DNA of 64,000 nucleotides from Eledone cirrhosa (taxonomy: Eukaryota), in contig OZ024742.1 in the NCBI GenBank assembly GCA_964016885.1, positions 171,864,001 to 171,928,000 on the forward strand, given 5' to 3'. Shown here in pieces: positions 1-13,968 of this stretch (the first letter of the stretch is position 1; the number at the start of each line of letters is the position of its first letter). The position numbers and the translations under genes are program-made. Under the pieces are notes generated by a model. It did not search any database, was not told where the DNA came from, and saw only the letters and a list, made by a program, of their open reading frames with translations.

Positions 1-218
1 GATGTTGCAGATGTGCAACGAAAGATTTATGTAAACTATATATATATGTGTTTGTCTATATTGTATCTGTATTATTTTTGACCGCCGGTCAGTCAATGGC
101 AACATTGAGGACCGAGTAAGTTAGATCGCAGATATATATATATAAAAGACAGCGAGAAGCGAAAACCAACCAAACAGTGAGTGTGTTCTGTTATTAATTC
201 TGGCAATATTACGCAAAT

Positions 219-3200
219 ATGACCCTCCCCAAATATAACAATATCTGTTTCGACACACGATTTCATATAAAAAATCTCGCAAAACTAATTCATCGCCGCT
301 ATGGCATTAACTTGTGCCAAGCTGAAAGGTTATTGAAAGACACTGTTTTCTGTTATATAAAAACTACAATAACAGCAGAACAAATCCGCTTCTTATAACA
401 CTGTGTTTCCTCCAAAACATACACAACAAACATATCAAAACAAGTAAATAATTTATTATTGAACAAAACACAAGCTGAACGGCTAAAACACACAATAACA
501 GTTAATATGAAAAGAACAACATACACAAAAGTCAACGCACTCTACAGACAAAAACGCATCAACGGTAAGGAAATCCGAAATCTCATCACAGCAAACGAGA
601 GAGATGACTTCATGAGCGTCATCCGACGCGAAACGAAATATGCTCAAAACGAATGCTGTAGGCATTTCAAGAAGAAATTAGAATGGATGAATAAGAAAAA
701 ACTACAAGAAAGGAAAATCGAATATTCTCAAAAATACCCAGATAACATCGACAACATCCGTATGAGTGATGTAAAACTACCGGAAGAATTTACCAATGAC
801 CACACAGTAAATATCTATGGGAACACTTTAATCAGTGAACAAGAACAACAAATCCTAAAGTTACCACCAAAATTTGCCATCTACAAAAAGATTAATCCTA
901 TGGAATGCAAAACGGAGCTGGAAAAGTGTTTCACAAAAATACGTTGGAATGCAAAGGTAAACAACAACAACAATAATAACGGTAGTAGTAATATAAACAA
1001 TAACTCTGGGTATAGAAATAACAGCCATAACCATAACAATGGCAGGAAAGTGAGAAATAGTGATAATGGTAATAATACTAGCGATAGACAGAACAACAAC
1101 AACCACAATAATAATAATAATAGAAACGTTAACCACAGACACAGCAACAGTGACCACAGTAGTAATAACGGTAACAATACGAACAACAACAACAATAACC
1201 ACAGTGCTAATAATGGAAATAGTACATGTAGCAACATCAACAAAAACAAGAAACATAATAATAGTAACAACCACAATGGTAGAAATAGCAGTAACAACAA
1301 CAACAATAACGGTGAAGTAAACAACAATACATCTAGCAATCATAACAATAATAATATTAATGCTAAGGATAGAAACAACAACAACCACCATGATAACAAT
1401 AATAGCAACACACACAACTATGACGATAGAAATAACGACAACCCCTTAGAGAAACTATTTTTCAACCCAGCTGACAAAACATATAAGATGGGTAATATCT
1501 ATCCTACGAGGTTACCCTTTAATAAAAGAGTTTGCATACCACAACAAATAGATGACGAGACGGAGGCACAGTTCACCATAGCTAGAAATAAGATTAGACA
1601 AGTAGTAGACAGGTACACTATGAGACAGAGCAGACCAGAGGCCCAACAACTTGGGATAAAACCTGTAGAAGGCTTGGTTAGCCTCAAGCAGCGCACAAGG
1701 GATGGTGAGGTAGTGTGTCTACCCACAGATAAGTCTGGTAGGATGTCAATAGATAGCATGCCGAACTACATCGAGGCAATGCAACCCCACATCACCAACA
1801 CGAGCGAAGTTGCACAACTAACACACGATGGGAGAGAAAAAATCCTCAACGCTCACATGATGATGTGGACTGACATCCTAAAGCCAAGCAGACGCACTGC
1901 CAACAACTTCCAGGCGTCTAACATTGGCATACCACCCTTGTATGGGCTCCGCAAAGACCACAAGACAGTCGACGACCCGACAATAGGACCACCAACAAGA
2001 CCTGTATGCGGAGCTAATATAGCTAGCAACTACAGGATCTCCTACTTCCTCTCAATGGTTATACGCCCCATAATGAAGATATCCCCAGATGTATGTGAAA
2101 GTACAGAGGACCTCCTCAGCAGAATCAGTGAGTGCAACAAAAACAGGAGCCTATCCAACTGCATAATAGGCAGCATGGATGTGGTGTCACTGTACCCATC
2201 CATTAACATTGATTTTGCTGTGAAAAGATGTGTGGAGATGATCATTGAGAGTGAGGTGGAGTTCTGCGACGTCGACACAGACGAACTGGGCCTCCTACTT
2301 AGACTTACCTACGACACTGACTACCTAGACAGCCATGACCTTAGATGTTTCTGCCCTAGTAGACCTATAAGAGGTAGACCCCCCACCATAACCTCAATGG
2401 CTAAAAAGACTCCCATAGGAAGGTGGATTGGGTGGACCAAAGCTATACGGACCCCCCAAAACACTGATCAGGTAAGAAAAATGGTCGCACATGCAATAGG
2501 GGCTAGTATCAAAACTACCCTAAAGGGCCACATATTTAAGTTCAATGAGAAAATCTACACCCAAAATGAGGGAGCAGCCATCGGCGTCAGCATAGCTGGC
2601 GATGTTGCCAACCTTTTCATGGTATGGTGGGAAAGGAGACTTAAAGATCTCCTTAATGAAAGCTCCATAGACCTCACCATGTACTCTCGTTATGTAGACG
2701 ATATCAATATAGTTATAAGAACACCCCCACTAGAGAGCACTAACAAGTTTGATTTAGAACGTAGCACGATGGAAAGCATCCAGCAGATAGCTAATTCCAT
2801 ACACCAGAGTATAACTGTAACTATAGACTTCCCTTCCAAACACCCTAACAATAGACTACCTGTATTAGACACAGAACTCTGGATTAACACTATAGACGAG
2901 AGAGCCCAAATTCTCCACTCACACTATGCTAAACCCATGGCCTCCAAATACCTGATACTCAAAAACTCAGCAATGTCCAGTAGTGCTAAGTTTAATATTC
3001 TGATCGCAGATTTGGTACGAGTGATGAAGAATGTGTCCAGCATGTGCGACCCAACAGAAATGGAAGGACACATCCAACACTTCATCAACCGCATGCAGTT
3101 CTCTGGCTACAACCAAAGAGACAGAGTCAGAGTATACGAAGGAGCCATGGAAAAGTATAAGACCCTCATAGAACTGGACATGAAAGGAATTTGCCCACTA

Positions 3201-3845
3201 TACAGGAGCAAATCATGGAATAGCTTAGATAGGGCTAGACATAAGATAGGGAAGGCCACATCATGGTACGACAACCAGAGATATCAGAGTGTCATGTTTG
3301 TGGACGCCACCCCTGGAGGGAAATTAGCTAACCAGTGTAGAAAGGCCCTGAGAAAGACCCACTTAAAAATAAAGGTGGTAGAAAAGCCAGGAACCACCAT
3401 AAAATCCCTGATCAGCAAAACCTACCCTTTTAAGAAAACCCACTGTACCAATAGGAAATGTATCATATGTAAGGTGAACCCCCGGATAAACTGTAAAACT
3501 AGAAACGTAGTCTATAGCATAAGATGTACAGAGGGTACTTGCAGAAACACGACAACAACATACATAGGTGAGACAGCTCGTAGCATAGGTGAAAGGATAG
3601 ACCAACAATGGGGGGAACTAAAAGGAAGAAAAAACGGGTCAGTACTATACGAACATGCTAGACAACATCATGACGGTAACATAGACAACATAGAAATTAG
3701 AATAATATCTAAACATAGGAATGACCCAGCAGATAGGCAAATCAGAGAGGCCAGTGAAATAGAAATTAGAAGACCAAAGCTAAACAGAAAGAATGAGTGG
3801 AACAACAACAACACCCAAACACCCAAACAAACAACACTGACCTAA
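219..3845 (+). CDS. PLE polyprotein: reverse transcriptase + Cys linker + GIY-YIG endonuclease; one in-frame TAA at 396-398 (track ORF 459-3845 is the downstream part)
   Basis: RT motifs: PTDKSG, RPVCG, SMDVVSLYPSI (D at 2178), QNEGAAIG, RYVDD (2691-2702), LPVLD. Linker: CTNRKCIIC. Endonuclease: NVVY...YIGETARS (3507-3584), with downstream H residues and PKLNR. ATG 219 is in frame with 459. Confidence 0.92.
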
Positions 3846-4124
3846 GAGAAGTATAAATAAATAAGTAAATTAAATTAAATAAAATAAGATAAATAAATAC
3901 ATACACAAGCACATAAACACACACTAGTCACCCAGCAGACACAACACTATACACACTAGTCACACATCACACATAACACTATACACACACGCAAACGCAT
4001 GCGCAAAGAAGACAAAATAAAATAAGATAAACAAACAAGCAAATAAATAAATAAATATATAGACAGACTGAACAAAAAAAATGGCGTAGACATACAACAC
4101 AACAGGAGGAACAATGAATATAAC

Positions 4125-4166
4125 ACCACTGACGATGTTGCAGATGTGCAACGAAAGATTTATGTA
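4125..4166 (+). ncRNA. Hammerhead-ribozyme-like motif in PLE pLTR
   Basis: CTGACGA-T-GTTGCA(GATG)TGCAAC-GAAA-GAT-TTA. Perfect 6-bp stem II, but stem I pairing is weak. Confidence 0.6.
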
Positions 4167-4369
4167 AACTATATATATATGTGTTTGTCTATATTGTATC
4201 TGTATTATTTTTGACCGCCGGTCAGTCAATGGCAACATTGAGGACCGAGTAAGTTAGATCGCAGATATATATATATAAAAGACAGCGAGAAGCGAAAACC
4301 AACCAAACAGTGAGTGTGTTCTGTTATTAATTCTGGCAATATTACGCAAATATGACCCTCCCCAAATAT

Positions 4370-4377
<8 letters not shown>
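4134..4377 (+). repeat. 3' pseudo-LTR (portion matching window 1-244)
   Basis: Appears identical to 1-244 at offset 4133. Confidence 0.95.
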
Positions 4378-4406
<29 letters not shown>

Positions 4407-4512
4407 ATACATATATAAATATATACATGAATATACATACATACATATATACAATATATATATAAATGTATGATAAAATATATATATACACACAGACACA
4501 CACATATATACG

Positions 4513-4546
<34 letters not shown>

Positions 4547-4899
4547 CGATATTAACAAATGGAAACTATATTTATAAAACCATATTTATTTTATTATACA
4601 TATTTCAAGGATACCATGTTAAATTATGGTATGCTTTGATCAGACAAAATACAATATATACCAGTTTTATAAATAAATGTTAACATACCCTTTCAAAATG
4701 CAACCGTTACTTTTGGAAGACATCAGGATATTGGATTTGTTTATCTTAGTAAGTCATTGTTACGGAGGAGGAAAAAGACGGAGAGAGAAAGAGAAATCGA
4801 GAGAGAGAAAAGTTGAGAAAGAAAGAAAGAAAAGTTGATAAAGAAAGAAAAAAAAGAATAAAAGAAAAAAGAAAAAAATAATTTAAATAGAACATTTGC

Positions 4900-4975
<76 letters not shown>

Positions 4976-5330
4976 TCAATATACACCATTATCATCCTGC
5001 TTTCTCTGGTGCATCACTGCACCCACTTTCTGTTTCCATCTCTGTTTGAAGATATTTATACGTTTTAGAGATTTAATAGTGAAGGGTTGTTACACGCGAA
5101 AATCATTAAAGAAATCATCAGAAAAAATCGAACAAGCAGATCCAGTGAACTGAATCGAGTGACAACACTCTGGATACTTCCCTATGTACGTTTGGGCTAT
5201 ATAAATGGATATGCTCGCATCTGGTTTCGTAGGTGATCTAGCAGTGACTTCTGTTAACTGACAGCGCGTATCGTATACATACCGGCGTTCGTGTGTATAA
5301 GTGATTCTATATAAGTAAACGTTCAGGTCA

Positions 5331-6596
<1,266 letters not shown>

Positions 6597-6625
6597 ATTA
6601 TGTAATAAACAACATAAGGCAATTA

Positions 6626-6685
6626 TTCCATTTACCAGTGGTTTCTTAAAAGCAAAAGATTTTGCTTTCAATCCTCAGAATGAAA
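6626..6685 (-). ncRNA. Complete type I hammerhead ribozyme (mirror copy)
   Basis: Same core on the - strand with a longer stem II (TTGAAAGCAAAA-TC-TTTTGCTTTTAA). Confidence 0.85.
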
Positions 6686-6771
6686 AATCCTGGTTTGTTT
6701 ATTGAATATGGATTGTAAAAACAAAAGAATTTTTGTTTTTACAATCCATATTCAATAAACAAACCAGGATT

Positions 6772-6831
6772 TTTCATTCTGAGGATTGAAAGCGAAACCT
6801 TTTGCTTTTAAGAAACCACTGGTAAATGGAA
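6772..6831 (+). ncRNA. Complete type I hammerhead ribozyme
   Basis: TTTCATT-CTGAGGA-TTGAAAGC(GAAACCTTTT)GCTTTTAA-GAAAC-CACTG-GTA-AATGGAA. 7-bp stem I, 8-bp stem II, 3-bp stem III; predicted cut after 6824. Confidence 0.85.
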
Positions 6832-6941
6832 TAATTGCCTTATGTTGTTTATTACATAATAATAATAATAATTAAGCTCTGTTGCATACATAGAGCACTC
6901 TTTTTTCCTGGACTTTTCCGATAAAATTACTTCATTCATAC

Positions 6942-6972
<31 letters not shown>

Positions 6973-6979
6973 TATACAC

Positions 6980-7067
<88 letters not shown>

Positions 7068-7501
7068 TTATATATATATATACACACACACACGCATATA
7101 TATATCATAGATTGAGTTAGAAACTCAAAATAGTCTTTTACAATTAATGGTACTTGTTCGGGTATCAAAGGCAGTTGCCCGATATAGGTTTGTTGTTTTT
7201 ATTGATTTATTACTTTAAATCGAGACAGGCAAACCATATTGTTTTAAATTAGTATTTTTTCAACCTAGCTAACTTGGTCATTTGCAATTCGAACAATTGT
7301 ATACATGTATCGGTGTTCACCCCTCTCATATATTCAATTATATATATATATATATATATATATAATGAAATAAATATGGTTTTATAAATATAGTTTCCAT
7401 TTATTTAATATTGTAAATATACTCCAAATATTTGTCGAGTGCTTTTATATCAGTTATAAATATTTACTAGTTGTAACACAACAATTTAAATATAACTTTC
7501 C

Positions 7502-7532
<31 letters not shown>

Positions 7533-7752
7533 TATAAAATCAGAAATGATATATATATAAAATCAAAAATGGTAATATATATATATACATATATACATAT
7601 ATATATTACGTTTTTCCTGCTATTCATAAGAACTACATTAATAGAGACACAAGATATGTATATCGGTGTTTATGTGAGAGAAAGTTTGCGCGTGTCTGTT
7701 AGCCAGCAAGTTGCAAAGAGCCTGTGCAGCTGCTTTGAAGATAAGGTAGGAT

Positions 7753-7799
<47 letters not shown>

Positions 7800-8027
7800 T
7801 GTTTGTATATATATATTGTGATGTATTGACATGTCTATAACTATAGAAATTAATTAAATTTCTAGTAAATAAACTGCGGTTGAAATAGTTTATTTTGCCT
7901 GAGAATTCCATTTACTAATTGACATTGCTGGCCTTTCACCAGCTAAACTACCGCGAAATCTAATCTATCAATCCATCCTATTTGTTTCACTCTGTCTTAC
8001 TCTCTCCTTCTCCACACACACACACGC

Positions 8028-8063
<36 letters not shown>

Positions 8064-8300
8064 GTGTATGTGTGTTTGTGTGTGTGTGTATGTGTGCATT
8101 TGTGTGTGTGTGTTTGTGTGTGTGTGAGTGTGTATGTGTGTCTTTGTGTGTGTCTGTGTGTGTATGTCTGTGTGTGTGTGTTTGTTTATGTACATATGTT
8201 TATGCATATATGTAAGTATGCAAATCTATGTCTACATCTATGTTATATTTTATTATACACATAAATATACACATTCCTATATATATATATATATATCTAA

Positions 8301-9550
8301 TCGATTTGTGATGTTTTTGCATTCTTGCAAAAATATACACAACTGAATTCATTCGCCTGATATAGGGGTTGCCTCCCTTGCCGATCCCCACGTGAGGTCA
8401 GCAATAGTCAGTCCTTGTATTAACATTGAACTAAAACCTGTTGAGAAAGTGGCTTCCTTGTTCAATCATCTTACCAGAAGCCTGACATTATTCATCTATG
8501 CGGACGAAGGGCGGTGAATTGGCAATATCAGTAGAGGGTCGGACGCCATGCTTTGACGCATAGAGTTACGGCCCTTGCCATTCTGAGTTCAAATCCCGCC
8601 GAGGTTAACTTTGCCTTTCATCCTTACGGGGTCTACAAAATAAAGTACCAGTAATACACTGGGTAATTGCTGGCTTTGTGCCAAAAGTAGAAACAATTAT
8701 TTATCTAAGCGGACGGTACTTGATTTAGGAGCCGCAGAAACCAATATACTGGATTTTACCGACCTTCCAGGGTAAATTTTCAATACCCGAATTGCTTGAT
8801 CGTTTTTTTTGGCTATGCGAATGATTGTCTAACCATCGTCTCAGTGTGTTTGGCCTTTAACGTTTGTTATAGCTCTGGTTCATCTGAATCATTGAGCACT
8901 TGCCACACATCTCGGAGGTTGTTTTTCGTTATTTCGTGGGCCGAAATGCGAATCTCGATCATTTATTTTTGTATTAACCTCCAGACTCTAGCTAGTGACC
9001 AGTTAATTTTCTTGATTTTTTAGTTGATTCTATTGACTGATGAATAGCTTATGTTAATGTTAACCCTTCAGTTGAGAACTCTATTCGATTTGTGATGTTT
9101 TTGCAATCTTGCAAAAATATACACAACTGAATTCATTCGCCTGATATAGGGGTTGCCTCCCTTGCCGATCCCAACGTGGGGTCAACTATAATCAGTCCTT
9201 GTATTAACATTGAACTAAAACCTGTTGAGAAAGTGGCTTCCTTGTTCAATCATCTTGCCAGAAGCCTGACGTTATTTATGTAAGCGGACGGTACTTGATT
9301 TAGGAGCCGCAGAAACCCATATACTGGATTTTACCAACCTTCCAGGGGTCCGGGTAAATTTTCAATACCCGAATTACTTGATCGTTTTTTTTTTTGGCTA
9401 TGCGAATGATTGTTTAACCATCGTCTCAGTGTGTTTGTCCTTTAATGTTTGTTATAGCTCTGGTTCAACCGAATCATTGAGCACTTGCCACACATCTCGG
9501 AGGTTGTTTTTCGTTATTTCGTGGGCCGAAATGCGAAACTCGATAATTTA
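8301..9550. repeat. Tandem duplication (copy 1 from 8301, copy 2 from 9085), moderately diverged
   Basis: Both copies start TCGATTTGTGATGTTTTTGCA and align until ~8965/9550, except for a SINE present only in copy 1. Confidence 0.9.
8507..8695 (+). mobile_element. tRNA-derived SINE with ~20-bp target-site duplication (TSD)
   Basis: A-box-like TGGCAATATCAGTAGAG, B-box GAGTTCAAATCC, core GCCTTTCATCCTTACGGGGTC. TSD attatt(c/t)atcta(t/a)gcggacg at 8487-8506 and 8696-8715. Confidence 0.9.
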
Positions 9551-9977
9551 TGTTTTTTTATATATATATATATATATATACAAATTTTAGTACAGCATTA
9601 ACGAGGCTTTAAACTGCGGCTATGCTAACGAATGCAGATTCGGAATTTAGCTTTAGCACTCGATGGAGAATAATACCCCAGAGTTATAACAATACGTTTA
9701 GACAGCTTTGAAAATAAAATATAGCGACCGGCAGTCCAGCCGCATTGCCATAGCAACGAAAAAAGACTGAACTCAGGGAAAGACTTTGACTGACCTGGAC
9801 CATCGCGCGGAGATCGAATGCAACACATATCGTATAGCATACGATATACATCACATACAACATACAACATCCACTCTAGATTTCCGTAAATCCGAGATCG
9901 ACTAATTCCGCTTTCAAGGGTCTGCAAGTTAATGGCCTTTGACGACAAAACAAAGGATTTTCTTCGTCAGCAAGTCT

Positions 9978-10077
<100 letters not shown>

Positions 10078-10091
10078 TATATATATATATG

Positions 10092-10141
<50 letters not shown>

Positions 10142-10158
10142 TATATATGTATGTATAT

Positions 10159-10192
<34 letters not shown>

Positions 10193-10203
10193 GTATGTAT
10201 ATA

Positions 10204-10273
<70 letters not shown>

Positions 10274-10287
10274 TATATATATATATG

Positions 10288-10358
<71 letters not shown>

Positions 10359-10456
10359 GTGTGTGTGTGTGTGTGTGTCTCATGGTAGCTAAGAAGCTTC
10401 CATAGGTGGTATGGCGGTTGAGCACTCTATGTTCTTACAGGGCAGAGTATGATATA

Positions 10457-10601
10457 ATATAAAACGAAAAACCAGTGATGCATCTGAAATCAATTAATGT
10501 GTGTTACAATTGTTTCGCAGATCCACACAATGATCGTGTCTCGTGCTGTCTGCCGGTGAAACAATTGTAACACACATTAATTGATGCATCACTGATCTTT
10601 C

Positions 10602-10610
<9 letters not shown>
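10457..10610. repeat. Foldback (inverted repeat) adjoining (TA)n, containing a hammerhead 3' half
   Basis: Arms 10457-10516 and 10558-10610. The right arm begins GAAAC-AATT-GTA. Confidence 0.8.
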
Positions 10611-10645
<35 letters not shown>

Positions 10646-11753
10646 CATATGTATATATATTTCTCTATGTATGTGTGTGTGCGTAAATTATGTAAAGTAT
10701 ATTCTGAAAGAGTAATTTCGAGAATGACATGTACATCTGCGTCAGCGCTGTAATAAATCCAGCGAACAGTTCTAAGAAACTAATACAGCCACAACAAGGA
10801 GAAACATTTTAAACAAAGTGTACTCAATACATAAGGTTAGTTTTACCCTGCATGGAAAATGATGGCGACAATAATGTTGATGATGATGCCATGATAATAA
10901 TGCTCATGGTGTGTAAGAAAATAAGGACGGAAGAGAAACGATACAAGAAGCCGAAGAAGTAAAAAGCCGCGGATGACGAAGAAGAAGAGGAAAGTACTAA
11001 AAGATCGAATAAAATAGATGGTAGAGAGGAAAAAATGAGTAAGATAGAAGAAGAAATATATATGACCCAAAAGAGCAATACAAAAAAAAAAATCGAAGAA
11101 AAAACAAAACAAAACTAAACTAAAATAAACAAAAATAAATATATTACTACAGGATAGATTAAGAAGAGACCAAAGTTATAAGAGACCAAAGACAGAAAGT
11201 AGAAATTAGTTGGAAGAAAATGGCAGTTCTTCGTATTATTCTGTTTTCACGTTAGCCATTGTTCAGAAAGCAGAAGAAGATAACGGCTTAAATATTGGAT
11301 AAAAGACTCGAGAAAAAAAGTACAAAGATAAAGAGGAAAAAACAAAAGAATGAGTCAAATAGATAAAGAGTAGAAATTAAAGAAATAACTTTGCCAAAGA
11401 AAGGTTTTGTTAGGTTTGATCTGCTTAATATATGTTTTTTTTTTCAGGAATGTCCATTAATGCTAACCAAATGGGTGGAATCTAGTATTTTATTTTATTT
11501 AAGGTTTTGTTTCTTCATTATTCTAGTTATTATCATTATTATTATTATCATTATTATTATTTGGTTGTTTGCTTAGTCGATCGGTTGTTGCTTTTTTAAA
11601 ATGGTTGTTGTGGTTGTTTCTAAGTTCTGATCGATCAGAGCAGAGCAGATTGGAGTAAATGTTCAACCTCTTCCACTTATGACCATCCATTCTTATATAT
11701 TTAGATAAAGTTATATTTAGAAATACATCATTCGAAACGTCATGCAATATAAT

Positions 11754-11921
11754 TGTTTCTACTTTTTAGCAATTACCCAGTACATTACTGGTACTTTATT
11801 TTATCGACCCCGTAAGGATGAAAGGCAAAGTTAACCTCGGCGGAATTTGAACTCAGATCATAAGAGGACATAACTCTATGCTTCAAAGCATGGTGTCCGA
11901 CTCTCTATTGATACTGCCAAT
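11754..11921 (-). mobile_element. tRNA-derived SINE (same family as 8507)
   Basis: Reverse complement of the SINE core and head; TSD TGCAATATAAT at 11743 and 11922. Confidence 0.88.
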
Positions 11922-13415
11922 TGCAATATAATGTTTTAAGATGCTAGTTGTGCGTGTAAGAGAGAGGGAGAGAGGAAGAGAGAGGGAGAGAGCGAGATAA
12001 AGAGAGTGGGTGGGGAGATATTCCCGATTGACGTAAAAACGGGAAGTTTAAAATTTGAAATATAGTCCTCCCAACGCAGATGACTATAATAAAACTCGAC
12101 CACTATATATTTTTGAAAGGAATCATGTAAAAGCCGCTAAAGTAGGCAAACAACTTTTCAAATAATAAGTTATATATTAAACTTAGCTAAATCGCCGAGA
12201 GGAGGTAATTTAGCTGAATAGATAGTGTAGTTTTTAAATTGTTACAATTAACCGAAATCTCCGTAATTTAAAGACTGTGTCCAGATAGTAGTGGTTACAT
12301 CTTAAAGAAACCATAATTGAGAAATTTCGTTATATACAAATTACAGAGTAGCTCATTCCTAAAATGTGTCGATTGGAGCGAGATTGAATCTGAGACCACT
12401 TGATTTTGAAGTGAACTTCCTGTCCAATCTGCCATGCGTATGTCCTATATACCTACGAAGAAACTGATGGACTAGAATGGGGCGGAGGATATCTAAGATA
12501 CAACGTGCCTTGAACATTTTAAACCTAGCGGAGAACAGCTGATTTCTTTCATTCAGAGAGAGAAAGAGAGAATGTGTGTGAGAAAGTGAGAGATTCAGTA
12601 AGAGAGAGCAGGTGAAATATAGTGAGATAGAGGAAAAATCGCCTCCTCTATTGGACTGGTAATTTATCAACCTCGAAAGAATGAAGAGCAAAGTGGACTT
12701 CGGTGACATTTGAACTCAAAGCCGAGTGAGCCGTGTCAAATACCATCATAATGTCTGACAGTTCGACATCTTATATCCATATATATATTTGATTAGAACT
12801 CAACCTTTTGCTATGCATTAAGGGACGGCTGTAAGATGTTAACGTCCAACTAAACGGGAATGTGGAAGATAATGATATGAAGTTACGAGTTTACAGTGTC
12901 TTTATATAGAATATATTTTAAAACAAACGCATATTTTTCAAATTTGCTTTTCGTTCTTATATTTTATCAAATATACTTGCATTTTTTCACCAAAAGTTCC
13001 AGTAGTTGCGCAATAGGTAATTATAACCAAACTGGAGTGTCTTTAAACAGGGCAAAGGGCGATACAGTGTGGGTTATTATGTGTAAAAAAAAAGTTATAA
13101 CAAAACCTAAATAACAAACATTATAAGAATAAAACACACTATATGGGGAAACATCCGAGGGTCATTCTTTAATCCTTCTGATCGCTATGGCAAATGCCCA
13201 CCTCCAGTTGTCCTCCTCCAATTTACAGGTGCCTACTCAGAGCAGACCCATTCACTCGCTCCATGCTTACATTTTTCACACACCTTTCAAGTCAAACTGG
13301 TTAGACGGCAGCACTTCCTTCTCAGCCCTTACTTTGAAACCTGAAACCGGAAAACGTTAATCAGCGCTTCGCCGATGAGGAAAGTGTTAGTCCTCCGCCC
13401 TCCTAAACGCGTTAA

Positions 13416-13587
13416 TAATGCTTTCAGATTTAGGCACAAGGCCTACAATTTTGGGGTAGAGGAAAGTCGATTAAATCGATTCCAGTGCATTATTGATGCT
13501 TTATTTTACCTTGGTGAGATTTGGACTCAGACCATGAAGGACTGTAAGCTCTATGCCGCGAAGCAAGGTGTCCGACACTACCAATAT
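13416..13587 (-). mobile_element. Diverged SINE copy with internal deletion
   Basis: GGCACAAGGCC...GTCCGAC similarity; TSD TAAACGCGTTAA at 13404 and 13588. Confidence 0.75.
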
Positions 13588-13764
13588 TAAACGCGTTAAC
13601 AATAACAATAAATGTGTTATATTTATAAATCTTATGTAAATATCTTGTTTTTATTCTTGTCTATTCCTTGTTGTTGCTATTGTAATTCTAATCGTTATTC
13701 TTATTCTTATTGACAGAACACAGTATTATTCATTTTTCTTTATTACTAATATTATTTTCAATAT

Positions 13765-13968
13765 ATGGCGGTGGATATATATGGCGGTGGATTGGCAGTA
13801 TCGGTAGAGGGTCGGACGCCATGCTTTGACGCATAGAGTTACGGCCCTTGCCATTCTGAGTTCAAATCACGCCGAGGTTAACTTTGCCTTTCATCCTTAC
13901 GGGGTCGATAAAATAAAGTACCAGTAATGTACTGGGTAATTTCTGGCCTTGTGCCAATAGTAGAAACA
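13765..13968 (+). mobile_element. tRNA-derived SINE with duplicated 5' end
   Basis: Full head and core; TSD ATTATTTTCAATAT at 13751 and 13969. Confidence 0.9.

Larger units (their letters stand above)
1..4377 (+). mobile_element. Penelope-like retroelement (EN+ PLE), near full length, with pseudo-LTR direct repeats; 5' pLTR cut by window edge
   Basis: 1-244 is repeated at 4134-4377. The ORF between the repeats has RT and GIY-YIG motifs. The pLTR overlaps the ORF start (ATGACCCTCCCCAAATATAACAAT), as is typical of PLEs. The 3' end runs into (TA)n. Confidence 0.95.

Noticed and set aside
117-182. Intron in the pLTR (GTAAGT at 117, GTGAGT at 177)
   Set aside because: No convincing polypyrimidine tract or acceptor.
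396-398. Selenocysteine recoding as in some Naiad PLEs
   Set aside because: The stop is TAA, not TGA, and the endonuclease is C-terminal.
861-1415. Hydrophobic antisense ORFs (184 and 152 aa)
   Set aside because: Reverse-strand shadow of the Asn-codon tract.
8507-8605. SINE heads as tRNA genes
   Set aside because: A/B boxes only, no cloverleaf; fused to the SINE core and flanked by TSDs.
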